This document shows positions 34,701 to 42,444 of a stretch of 64,000 nt of DNA, in pieces. Position numbers and translations under genes: made by a program. Source of the DNA: Candidatus Parcubacteria bacterium (GTDB lineage Bacteria; Patescibacteriota; Minisyncoccia; Phycocordibacterales; Zambryskibacteraceae); assembly GCA_019661785.1 (NCBI GenBank), contig JAIFWP010000001.1, positions 11,545 through 75,544 of the forward strand, written 5' to 3'. The notes under the pieces are model-generated. The model saw nothing but the letters and a program-made list of their open reading frames with translations. It ran no database searches and had not been told where the DNA came from. Within the stretch, counting starts at the first letter, position 1, and every line of letters starts with the position of its first letter.

Positions 34701-36908
34701 ATGTATCTCAAATCGATTGAGCTATCGGGCTTCAAGTCCTTTGCCAAAAAGAGCGTATTGGAGTTCACCTCCACCATATCGGCTATTGTAGGTCCGAACG
34801 GCTCCGGCAAAAGCAATGTGGCAGAGGCCTTCCGCTTCGTCTTGGGCGAGCAGTCGATGAAGAGCTTGAGAGGGAAGAAAGGAGAGGATTTAATATTCAA
34901 CGGCGCGGGGAGCGAGGCTAGGGCGAACCGCGCTGCGGTCAAGGTGGTCTTTGATAACTCTAAGCGCGTCTTTGGCATCGACTTCCCCGAGGTATCAATG
35001 GAGCGAGTAGTGCACCGCGATGGCGTAAACGAGTACCTTATAAATGGGAGCACAGTGAGGTTGAAGGACGTGGTTGAGCTCCTGGCTCGCGCACACATAG
35101 GAGCCTCGGGACATCACATCATCTCCCAAGGCGAGGCCGACAGAATCCTCAACACATCGGAGAAGGAGCGCAAAGGCATGATAGAAGATGCCCTTGGCTT
35201 GAAGATTTATCAATACAAGCGCCTCGAGAGCGAGAGGAAGCTCACAAAGACCTTCGAGAACATAGCCCAAGTCGAAGGACTCAGGAAGGAGATTGCGCCG
35301 CATTTAAAGTTTCTTCGTAAACAGGCCGAGAAGATAGAGAAGTCAGAGAGTCTGCGTGACGAGCTGCTCTCGCTCGCTAGGGAATACTTCAAGCGCGAGG
35401 AGATGTACATTACTCACGAGAAGGCTGCTCTCGCGAGTGAACGCGGACCAATAGAGGCAACGCTTGAGAAGCTCCACAAGGAGCTTGCCGATGCTAAGAG
35501 AGTGCTCGAGACTAGCGCTAAGGGTGGTGATAAGAACTTCAAGGTCTTAGACCTCGAGTCTGAGATTGCTCATGTGAGAGCTCACAAGGACGGCTTAGTG
35601 AGAGAGCTTGGCAAAGTTGAAGGCTTGCTCAATGCCGAGGAAAGGATAATAAGAAAGGAGAGGGAGCTCGCCACAAGCGAGGAGCGTAAGATGATACGCC
35701 TCAAGGATGTTGAGGCTCTGTATGAGGAAGTAAGTCTGCTCGAAAGTATCCAGTCCGTCATATCAAGACTCAAGGATTTTATAAAAAGCCAGAAGCATTC
35801 CGCAGACTCAAGCGTCATCCTCGAAGCCGAGAAGTCTATACAAAAGCTCGTGAAGGATAAGGAGAAGGCAGAGAAAGATATAAAACTCGCCGAGGATAAA
35901 GAGCAGAAGCTCCGTAACGAGTATGAGAGTCTGAAGCGCGAGATAGAAGAGGATAAGGACTCATCGCGCGATGCTGAGAAGGCCGTCTTCCGTGTAATGT
36001 CAGAGGAGAACGAGCTTCTAGGGAGGAAAAATGTCCTCAAGGCTCGCGAGGACAAGATGAAGGCGGAGGAAGAGGAATGGAAGCGCGGTCTGGCTGAGGT
36101 TGGAGCGCTTGCCGGAGAGGGAGTGCTGGGCTACAGAAGCTACCAAGCAGGAGAGCTCGAAGCAGATAGGAAGATGCAAGAGGAGAGGAAGCGGACTCTC
36201 GAGAGACTTAAGATACGTCTTGAAGAAGCAGGCATATCAGGTGCAGGGGATGTGCTCAAAGAGTTCAAGGACGTGACAGAGAGAGACGAGTTCCTGGCTC
36301 GGGAGCTTCTCGACCTCGACAAGTCTGCCGAGTCCTTAAAGGCATTGATTAAAGATCTGGAGACTAGGCTTGCAGTCGAGTTCTCACAAGGACTCACTAA
36401 GATAAATGCGGAGTTCGGCAAGTTGTTTAGCACCATGTTCGGTGGTGGAGAGGCCAAACTCACTTTGACCAAACAGAAGAAGAAGGTAAGCAGCGACATG
36501 TCACTGGGTGATGAAGAGCTCGACCTAGAGCCTGATGCGGAAGAGGCGATGGAAGAAGGTCTTGAGGTGAGCGTTAGCCTACCGAGGAAGAAGATACGCG
36601 GCCTCATGATGCTCTCTGGCGGCGAGAGGGCCTTAACCTCTATAGCGCTCCTCTTCGCTGTCTCGGCAGTTAACCCACCGCCATTTATCATATTGGACGA
36701 GACAGACGCCGCCCTTGATGAAGCCAACTCGAAGCGCTATGGAGACATGGTGGTAGAGCTCGCCAAGCACTCGCAGCTTATTTTGATAACACACAACAGA
36801 GAGACTATGGGCCGCGCGGGCATCATCTACGGAGTAACTATGGGTTCGACCGGAGTATCGAAGCTCCTCTCCATTGCCTTCGACGAAGCAGTACAGGTTG
36901 CGAAATAA
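34701..36908 (+). CDS. smc: SMC-family chromosome segregation ATPase, short (735 aa) with no recognisable hinge
   Basis: N-terminal Walker A (GPNGSGKSNV). C-terminal signature LSGGERALTSIALLFA and Walker B ILDETDAALD. Continuous coiled coil between them. rnc-smc synteny. Confidence 0.8.
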   Translation: MYLKSIELSGFKSFAKKSVLEFTSTISAIVGPNGSGKSNVAEAFRFVLGEQSMKSLRGKKGEDLIFNGAGSEARANRAAVKVVFDNSKRVFGIDFPEVSMERVVHRDGVNEYLINGSTVRLKDVVELLARAHIGASGHHIISQGEADRILNTSEKERKGMIEDALGLKIYQYKRLESERKLTKTFENIAQVEGLRKEIAPHLKFLRKQAEKIEKSESLRDELLSLAREYFKREEMYITHEKAALASERGPIEATLEKLHKELADAKRVLETSAKGGDKNFKVLDLESEIAHVRAHKDGLVRELGKVEGLLNAEERIIRKERELATSEERKMIRLKDVEALYEEVSLLESIQSVISRLKDFIKSQKHSADSSVILEAEKSIQKLVKDKEKAEKDIKLAEDKEQKLRNEYESLKREIEEDKDSSRDAEKAVFRVMSEENELLGRKNVLKAREDKMKAEEEEWKRGLAEVGALAGEGVLGYRSYQAGELEADRKMQEERKRTLERLKIRLEEAGISGAGDVLKEFKDVTERDEFLARELLDLDKSAESLKALIKDLETRLAVEFSQGLTKINAEFGKLFSTMFGGGEAKLTLTKQKKKVSSDMSLGDEELDLEPDAEEAMEEGLEVSVSLPRKKIRGLMMLSGGERALTSIALLFAVSAVNPPPFIILDETDAALDEANSKRYGDMVVELAKHSQLILITHNRETMGRAGIIYGVTMGSTGVSKLLSIAFDEAVQVAK

Positions 36909-37157
36909 ATAAATTATGGTTTAATTAGCACGGACGCTATCCTGGAGGGTGTATGACGAGGGAGACTCATCGCAATACCGATGGCGAGAAGCGCAAGAAG
37001 GGTACGGCAGGCGATGCACGGACGTCCGGTGGAAAGATGGGCGAAAGCGCAAACTCGGAGCAGAGTCGCTTCGTCCCGACACCATTTCCAGGTGTGAACC
37101 CCAACGACTCCAAATATCGGCAGCCGCTGGACATTCCGCAGGATTGCTGAAATGAAT
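36909..37157 (+). ncRNA. Candidate structured ncRNA in the smc 3' region (unassigned)
   Basis: About 250 nt purine- and GC-rich with two frames open at once (non-coding signature). Ordered resemblances to bacterial RNase P RNA blocks: CCGAUGGC, GCGCAAG, GGUGGAAAGAUGGGCGAAAGCGCA, AAACUCGGAGCAGAG, AUGAAUAA. Terminated by a strong hairpin. Confidence 0.22.
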
Positions 37158-37159
37158 AA

Positions 37160-37192
37160 AAGGAGCGGCCTGTTAGCCGCTCCTTGCTTTAT
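37160..37192. terminator. Bidirectional terminator (shared with convergent rnr)
   Basis: aggagcggc-ctgtta-gccgctcct flanked by A-run and T-run. Confidence 0.7.
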
Positions 37193-39078
37193 ATAAACTG
37201 AAAGTCCAAAGTTTTCCTCTCGAGGTCTGCATTCAATAGTTTGACCTTAACCTTGTCGCCGAGGGAGTATTTCTTACCCGTCTTCTTGCCCACAATGGCA
37301 TAAAGTTTCTCATTCAATTCATAGAAGTCGTCGGTCATATCCTTCAAGCGCACCATGCCGTCGGCTTTGGTCTCGGCTTCCTCCACATAGACGCCCCAAT
37401 CAGAGACTCCGGAGACCACCCCGTCGAAGGTCTCTCCAACATGCTCGGACATGTACTCAACCTGCTTGTATTTAATAGAACCTCGCTCGGCCTCAGCTGC
37501 CTCTATCTCGCGCTCGCTCGACTCGTCGGCCATGCGCTGATACTTGGCTACCTCATCCTGTTCTATCTTGCCCTTCACCAAATATCTTTGCAGGAGGCGG
37601 TGGACCATGATGTCTGGATAGCGTCTGATTGGAGATGTAAAGTGGGTGTAGTAATCAAAGGCGAGTCCGAAGTGTCCGATGTTGGCAGTTGAGTAGACGG
37701 CCTTCGACATGCTTCTAATGGTGGCGGTCTTAATAAGAGCTTCAGCAGGGGAGCCTTCTACAGAGTGGAGCATTTTTGAGATGTCTTCGGTCGTGGTCTC
37801 ACCCTCTTTGTGCGTGAGCTCAAAGCCGAGAGCCTTCACGAAGTCGGCCAAGTTCATAATGCGGTCGCGGTCTGGAGCATCGTGGATGCGATAGATGCCA
37901 GCGGCCTTAGAGTCCTTCTGCGTAGCAAGGTGCAAGACTTTGGCCACTTCTCGATTGGCCAGGAGCATGAAGTCCTCAATGAGCTTGTGTATGTCCTTGC
38001 GGGCTTTGCGTATAACTTTGACCGGCTTGCCTACATCATCAAGCACGAATTTGACCTCGTCTGTCTCGAACTCGATAGCTCCGTTCTTGAACTTCTCCTC
38101 GCGGAGCTTATAAGCAATCTGGTTAAGAGTATTTAATTCCTCATAATGCTGGCCCGACTTCTTGTCGAGCACTTCTTGAGCCTCCTCATAGCTGAAGCGC
38201 TTGTTAGAGTTAATGAGCGTGCGGCCGAACCACTTATCCTTGACCTCGCCCTGCATGTTCATCTTAAAGACTGCGGAGAAGGCGTACTTGTCTTCATTGG
38301 CATTCAAGGAACAAAGGTCGTTCGACAATATCTCTGGGAGCATCGGGATGGTGCGGTCGACCAAGTATATGGATGTGCCACGTTCAAGCGCCTCTCTATC
38401 TAGAGCGGTTTTCGGTACGACAAAGTGCGATACATCGGCAATATGGATGCCTATCTCATAATCGCCATTGTCGAGCTTCTTAATAGACAAGGCGTCGTCG
38501 AAGTCCTTGGCATCTATGGGGTCAACGGTGAAAGTGGTTACCTCGCGGAAGTCTCTCCTGTCCTTGGTGTGGTCTTCTTTGGCGAATCTCTCCTTCCATT
38601 CTGTGGCCTCACGCTCGACGTCGGCGGGGAAGTCTATCTCAAAGCCAGCTTCGTAGACGAAGCTCTGCATCTCGGCATTGTGCTCGCCCTTGCGGCCAAT
38701 AACTTTGGCAACCTTGCCCTTAGGAGTCTTCGACCACTCTGTTATCTCCACATAGACCTTGTCTCCGTCCTTCGCCCCGAGAGCGTCGCCGTCTATTTGT
38801 ATGTCTACGTACATGCGCTTGTCATCAGGGATGACATAGCCCTTATCTACCACTCCAACGAAGTGGGTTTTCTTGCGGGTCACTATCTCCACAACCTTGG
38901 CCTGCTTGCGTCCGTAGACCTCTTTGCCTAGAGATTCGACCTTGACCGTGTCGCCGTTTAGCGCGGTGTTGATGTACTCAGGCGAGACTTCGAAGTCGTC
39001 GCTCTCGTCTGCTGGGTTCGGGAAGTAGCCTACACCCTTGCCTGTTACGCGTATTTTGCCCTCTAAAGTTTTATTCAT
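37189..39078 (-). CDS. rnr: Ribonuclease R (RNase II family exoribonuclease)
   Basis: N-terminal cold-shock/OB, central RNB domain, C-terminal S1 domain (GKKYSLGDKVKVKLLNADLERKTLDF). 629 aa. Confidence 0.9.
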   Translation of the reverse strand: MNKTLEGKIRVTGKGVGYFPNPADESDDFEVSPEYINTALNGDTVKVESLGKEVYGRKQAKVVEIVTRKKTHFVGVVDKGYVIPDDKRMYVDIQIDGDALGAKDGDKVYVEITEWSKTPKGKVAKVIGRKGEHNAEMQSFVYEAGFEIDFPADVEREATEWKERFAKEDHTKDRRDFREVTTFTVDPIDAKDFDDALSIKKLDNGDYEIGIHIADVSHFVVPKTALDREALERGTSIYLVDRTIPMLPEILSNDLCSLNANEDKYAFSAVFKMNMQGEVKDKWFGRTLINSNKRFSYEEAQEVLDKKSGQHYEELNTLNQIAYKLREEKFKNGAIEFETDEVKFVLDDVGKPVKVIRKARKDIHKLIEDFMLLANREVAKVLHLATQKDSKAAGIYRIHDAPDRDRIMNLADFVKALGFELTHKEGETTTEDISKMLHSVEGSPAEALIKTATIRSMSKAVYSTANIGHFGLAFDYYTHFTSPIRRYPDIMVHRLLQRYLVKGKIEQDEVAKYQRMADESSEREIEAAEAERGSIKYKQVEYMSEHVGETFDGVVSGVSDWGVYVEEAETKADGMVRLKDMTDDFYELNEKLYAIVGKKTGKKYSLGDKVKVKLLNADLERKTLDFQFI

Positions 39079-39123
39079 CGTTCGGCATTATAACACATAT
39101 TGACTAATGGCGAGAATTTCATT

Positions 39124-39681
39124 ATGGTACTGAACAGACTTCCACAGGAGAAACGCTTGATCACCGTAATTGACCGCGACACAGTTAGTCGGCTAAAGAG
39201 GGCTTACCTGAGCTTCTCGGCTAGGGGATACATAAGTGATGCCCCGAGGAAGGATGTTCCGGGGATGCCTGGACACCGCATGATCGAACACGAGGAGGAC
39301 GATATCCGCTACATGGATGTTTACCTCAAGAGTCTCGGGTCTCACTACTCCGGCGGCTCGACCATGATGTTGTACAAGGGCGAGGTAATCTGGAGGATGA
39401 CATACGAGGGTTGGTGCGATAAGCGGGCCCTCCCCACGCTCAAGGCAGCTCTCGCGAAGTCATACTCGAAGTATGAGTTCAATGCGGGTAGAGGCCCAGC
39501 GAAGTTTACCCACCAAGAGCTCAAGTACTACAACGATGCCCACGGCGAGTTCGAGCGCTTCAGCAGTGTGGAGACTATCGAAGACGAGAGTGTGGTCAAG
39601 GGGCCTCCATGGAAAATTGATCCGGACACCGTCGCACAGCATGAATGCCGCGGCAGGCTGCTCGTCCGCGTAGTCGACTGA
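39124..39681 (+). CDS. Hypothetical protein
   Basis: 186 aa from ATG 39124 (TTG alternative at 39100). No recognisable motif. Followed by a strong terminator. Confidence 0.45.
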   Translation: MVLNRLPQEKRLITVIDRDTVSRLKRAYLSFSARGYISDAPRKDVPGMPGHRMIEHEEDDIRYMDVYLKSLGSHYSGGSTMMLYKGEVIWRMTYEGWCDKRALPTLKAALAKSYSKYEFNAGRGPAKFTHQELKYYNDAHGEFERFSSVETIEDESVVKGPPWKIDPDTVAQHECRGRLLVRVVD

Positions 39682-39691
39682 CAGGCAAAAA

Positions 39692-39728
39692 CCCGCAGGA
39701 CTCTAACGAGTCTTGCGGGTTTTCTCTT
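39692..39728 (+). terminator. Rho-independent terminator
   Basis: aacccgcaggactc-taac-gagtcttgcgggtt then ttctctttt. Confidence 0.72.
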
Positions 39729-39746
39729 TTATGTTACTATTGGCCG

Positions 39747-40181
39747 ATGTTAAAAATTAGGCTCCAAAGAGTCGGGCGCGTACACGAGACCTCTTTCCGT
39801 CTCGTTTTGACCGAGTCTGTGAACTCGACCAAGTCAGGACGCCTTAAGGAGATTCTTGGCTCATACGACCCAAGGAAGACCACTGACTCTATCAAGGCTG
39901 ACAGGGTTAAGTACTGGCTTGGTGTAGGAGCTAAGGCTACCGGCACAGTGCACAACCTCCTCATCACGCACAAGATAATCGACGGCAAGAAGATAAATGT
40001 CCTTCCCAGAAAGACTCCTATAAAGAAGGATGCTGAGCCTGTTAAGGAAGCCGCTCTCCCGACGAGCGAAGCTGTCGGGACTCCGACTGAGAACGTCGGA
40101 GCTGTACCTGCTGAGGCCCCTGCTCCTGTCGAGGCTCCAGCTAGTGAGCCTGTGATAGAATCTACCGAGGCTTCGGCCTAA
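39747..40181 (+). CDS. rpsP: Ribosomal protein S16 with Ala/Pro/Glu-rich C-terminal extension
   Basis: MLKIRLQRVGRVHETSFRLVLTESVNSTKSGRLKEILGSYDP matches the S16 N-domain. About 60-aa low-complexity tail. Confidence 0.88.
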   Translation: MLKIRLQRVGRVHETSFRLVLTESVNSTKSGRLKEILGSYDPRKTTDSIKADRVKYWLGVGAKATGTVHNLLITHKIIDGKKINVLPRKTPIKKDAEPVKEAALPTSEAVGTPTENVGAVPAEAPAPVEAPASEPVIESTEASA

Positions 40182-40211
40182 CTGATTATCCCGTTTTAAC
40201 TCTGTACGAAT

Positions 40212-40556
40212 ATGATAGATGATTTGAAGTTTCTTGAATTTCTTGTAAAGGCATTGGTCGAAAATCCAGATGATGTGAAGATAACGAGGACTGTGGACGA
40301 GATGGGAGTGCTCATGACTCTCGATGTGCACCCCGACGACATGGGCAAGGTCATCGGCCGAGCAGGGAACACCGCCAAGGCCATCCGCATACTGCTTCGC
40401 GTAGTAGGTATGAAGAACAATGCGAGAGTGAACTTGAAGATAAACGAGCCTGCCGGCGGTATGCGTAGCATGCCAGCGCGCGACGAGTCTGCATCTCCAG
40501 CTCCCCGAGCCTCGAAGAGCCTCGACGAAGCCTTCGCCGATCTCAACCTTGAATAG
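40212..40556 (+). CDS. KH-domain RNA-binding protein (KhpA/YlqC-like)
   Basis: GKVIGRAGNTAKAIRILL KH GxxG loop. Conserved position after rpsP. Confidence 0.8.
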   Translation: MIDDLKFLEFLVKALVENPDDVKITRTVDEMGVLMTLDVHPDDMGKVIGRAGNTAKAIRILLRVVGMKNNARVNLKINEPAGGMRSMPARDESASPAPRASKSLDEAFADLNLE

Positions 40557-40581
40557 TTTCCTCAAATAAATATAGAAAGGA

Positions 40582-40610
40582 AAAGCCGGCCCGCGAGGGT
40601 CGGCTTTCGT
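40582..40610 (+). terminator. Terminator-like hairpin
   Basis: aaagccggc-ccgcgagg-gtcggcttt (one G.U pair) then cgtttt. Confidence 0.45.
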
Positions 40611-40626
40611 TTTCCGATTCTGATCA
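40611..40626. promoter_or_regulatory. Perfect 16-bp palindrome (operator-like)
   Basis: gattctgatcagaatc, in the 300-nt gap where rimM would be expected. Confidence 0.3.
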
Positions 40627-40921
40627 GAATCTCACTGGACAAGGCTCTGAGAGAATCGCGACATGCTGAAGGTTGTGGTTCGAAACCCGACTTTCAGCCA
40701 CGGCCTTGGTGAGCTCAGAGAGACCCAGATTTACCTGGGTTCCATCGCTGAACCTGAATCTCCACCACCTTCTTGAAAAAAGGCGGCGCCCACTGCCCAC
40801 AACTTCCTTCTCGAGCAAAATGTTCCGGTTTCTCATACGCTCCCCATTGAAGGTGCCAGGCAGTACTGTATCACTTTTCATAGCCTTGTCAAGGTCGTAA
40901 AAACACGGTAGAGTGGGATAT

Positions 40922-41575
40922 ATGCATTTCCATATCATTACTCTTTTCCCAGGAGCTTTCGACTCGTACCTAGGCGAGTCTATCTTGAAGCGCGCTATAG
41001 AAGATAAGAAGATACGTGTATCTTTCTACAACCCGAGAGACTTCGCGGATAACGAGTACAAGCGTATTGATAGACCTCCTTATGCTGGCGGTCCCGGCAT
41101 GGTCATCCAGGCCGAGCCGGTCATTAAAGCTATTGCTAAGGCTAAAAGCAAAGCCAAATCGAAGAATACGAAAATAATTTTCCTTAGTCCTTCTGGTAAA
41201 CAATTTACCAATGAGTACGCAGCGAAAACAGCCAAGAAGTTTAGCGATGTCATCATTGTTTCCGGCCGATACGAAGGTATCGATGCCAGAGTTAAGAAGG
41301 TTTTCAAGATGGAAGACATTTCCATCGGACCCTTTGTGTTAACGGGTGGGGAACTGCCAGCCATGCTTATGATAGACGTCATGGCCCGCCAGGTAGAGGG
41401 AGTCCTAGGTAACTTCGACTCGCGTGAAGAGTCTCGTGTCGCAAGTCCGGATGTTTACACCCGTCCTGAAATTTTTGCATACAAAGGTAAGAAATATCGT
41501 GTGCCCAAGGTGCTCCTTGGTGGTAATCACGCTAAAATCGAGGAGTGGAAAAGCAAAAGACAGGGCAAGAAGTAG
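40922..41575 (+). CDS. trmD: tRNA (guanine37-N1)-methyltransferase
   Basis: MHFHIITLFPGAF..., SPOUT knot region GRYEGIDARV, LTGGELPAM. Confidence 0.9.
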   Translation: MHFHIITLFPGAFDSYLGESILKRAIEDKKIRVSFYNPRDFADNEYKRIDRPPYAGGPGMVIQAEPVIKAIAKAKSKAKSKNTKIIFLSPSGKQFTNEYAAKTAKKFSDVIIVSGRYEGIDARVKKVFKMEDISIGPFVLTGGELPAMLMIDVMARQVEGVLGNFDSREESRVASPDVYTRPEIFAYKGKKYRVPKVLLGGNHAKIEEWKSKRQGKK

Positions 41576-41590
41576 AGTTATAATAAATTC

Positions 41591-42016
41591 ATGCTCACAT
41601 ATACACACAGCTGGTTGGCAGTAATTATCACTGCGGTAGGATGCTTTATTATAGGATTTCTCTGGTTCGGACCTCTGTTTGGCAAAACATGGATAAGGCT
41701 TATGGGTATTAGCCAAGCGCAAGCCGAGGAGGGGAGGAAGGGCGGCATGAAGAGCATGGTGAAGCCAATGATTATGGCCATGGTCTCGAATCTGGTTACA
41801 GCCTTCGTCTTCTTCACTCTGGCGCAGTCGCTCATGCTTGCAGGATTTGCCTCTGCGCTCATGCTTGGCATCTTGCTCTGGCTCGGGTTCTCTATCCCGC
41901 TTTTCCTAAACGGTGTTCTGTGGGAGAAGAAGTCCTGGAGCCTCTTCTGGTTTAATGCAGGCCACATCTTAGTCACGCTTATCTTCTCGGCTCTCGTCTA
42001 CAGCTTTTGGAGGTAG
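41591..42016 (+). CDS. Hypothetical polytopic membrane protein (about 4 TM)
   Basis: 141 aa, four hydrophobic segments. No catalytic motif recognised. Confidence 0.5.
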   Translation: MLTYTHSWLAVIITAVGCFIIGFLWFGPLFGKTWIRLMGISQAQAEEGRKGGMKSMVKPMIMAMVSNLVTAFVFFTLAQSLMLAGFASALMLGILLWLGFSIPLFLNGVLWEKKSWSLFWFNAGHILVTLIFSALVYSFWR

Positions 42017-42019
42017 TAT

Positions 42020-42046
42020 AAAGGGCGTCACTTCGTGACGCCCTTT
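42020..42046. terminator. Bidirectional hairpin terminator
   Basis: gggcgtcac-ttc-gtgacgccc with T-rich flanks on both strands. Confidence 0.6.
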
Positions 42047-42291
42047 AACAACATCTTCTGTGCCTCCACGGCAGAAATTTCGTAGTAGATGAAGTCTTCG
42101 TCATCCTTGTCCTCGTACTGGTCCTCGTCGTCGCGATACCAGACGATATAGACTTCATCACTCCGAAGCACGAGGTGCTTTGTGTGCTTCCCGTCCGTTA
42201 GGTCATGGCGGTCATGCCTCAGGCACTCTAGTATCTCACCATGGCATGGCGTACGGTTGAACATGGGCATAATAACGCCGCAGGTCTTCAT
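42028..42291 (-). CDS. Hypothetical small Cys/His-rich protein with acidic tail
   Basis: 87 aa. N-terminal C-x11-CH-x5-C-x2-H-x2-H pattern, then an Asp/Glu/Tyr-rich tail. Convergent with the DUF membrane protein. Confidence 0.35.
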   Translation of the reverse strand: MKTCGVIMPMFNRTPCHGEILECLRHDRHDLTDGKHTKHLVLRSDEVYIVWYRDDEDQYEDKDDEDFIYYEISAVEAQKMLLKGVTK

Positions 42292-42328
42292 GTGGCCTCC
42301 GAATTAGTCCTAGGACACCCTACCATAT

Positions 42329-42357
42329 TTGACAGAAAAAGGGGGTCGGCGTATACT
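42329..42357 (+). promoter_or_regulatory. Consensus sigma70 promoter for rpoBC
   Basis: TTGACA at 42329-42334, exactly 17-nt spacer, TATACT at 42352-42357. About 80-nt leader to the rpoB ATG. Confidence 0.6.
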
Positions 42358-42444
42358 ACGCATCACTTCTAAATCGATTAAGTTATGGCTCTAGAAGGCG
42401 GTAATTAGGGGAGATTACAAGCCTGTTTGATTATTTAAATATTG

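Noticed and set aside
40660-40700. tRNA-like T-arm sequence ggttcgaaaccc suggesting a tRNA or tmRNA fragment.
   Set aside because: Flanking 5-nt segments cannot form a T-stem on either strand, and no acceptor/anticodon arms or CCA context could be built, so it is not a tRNA.
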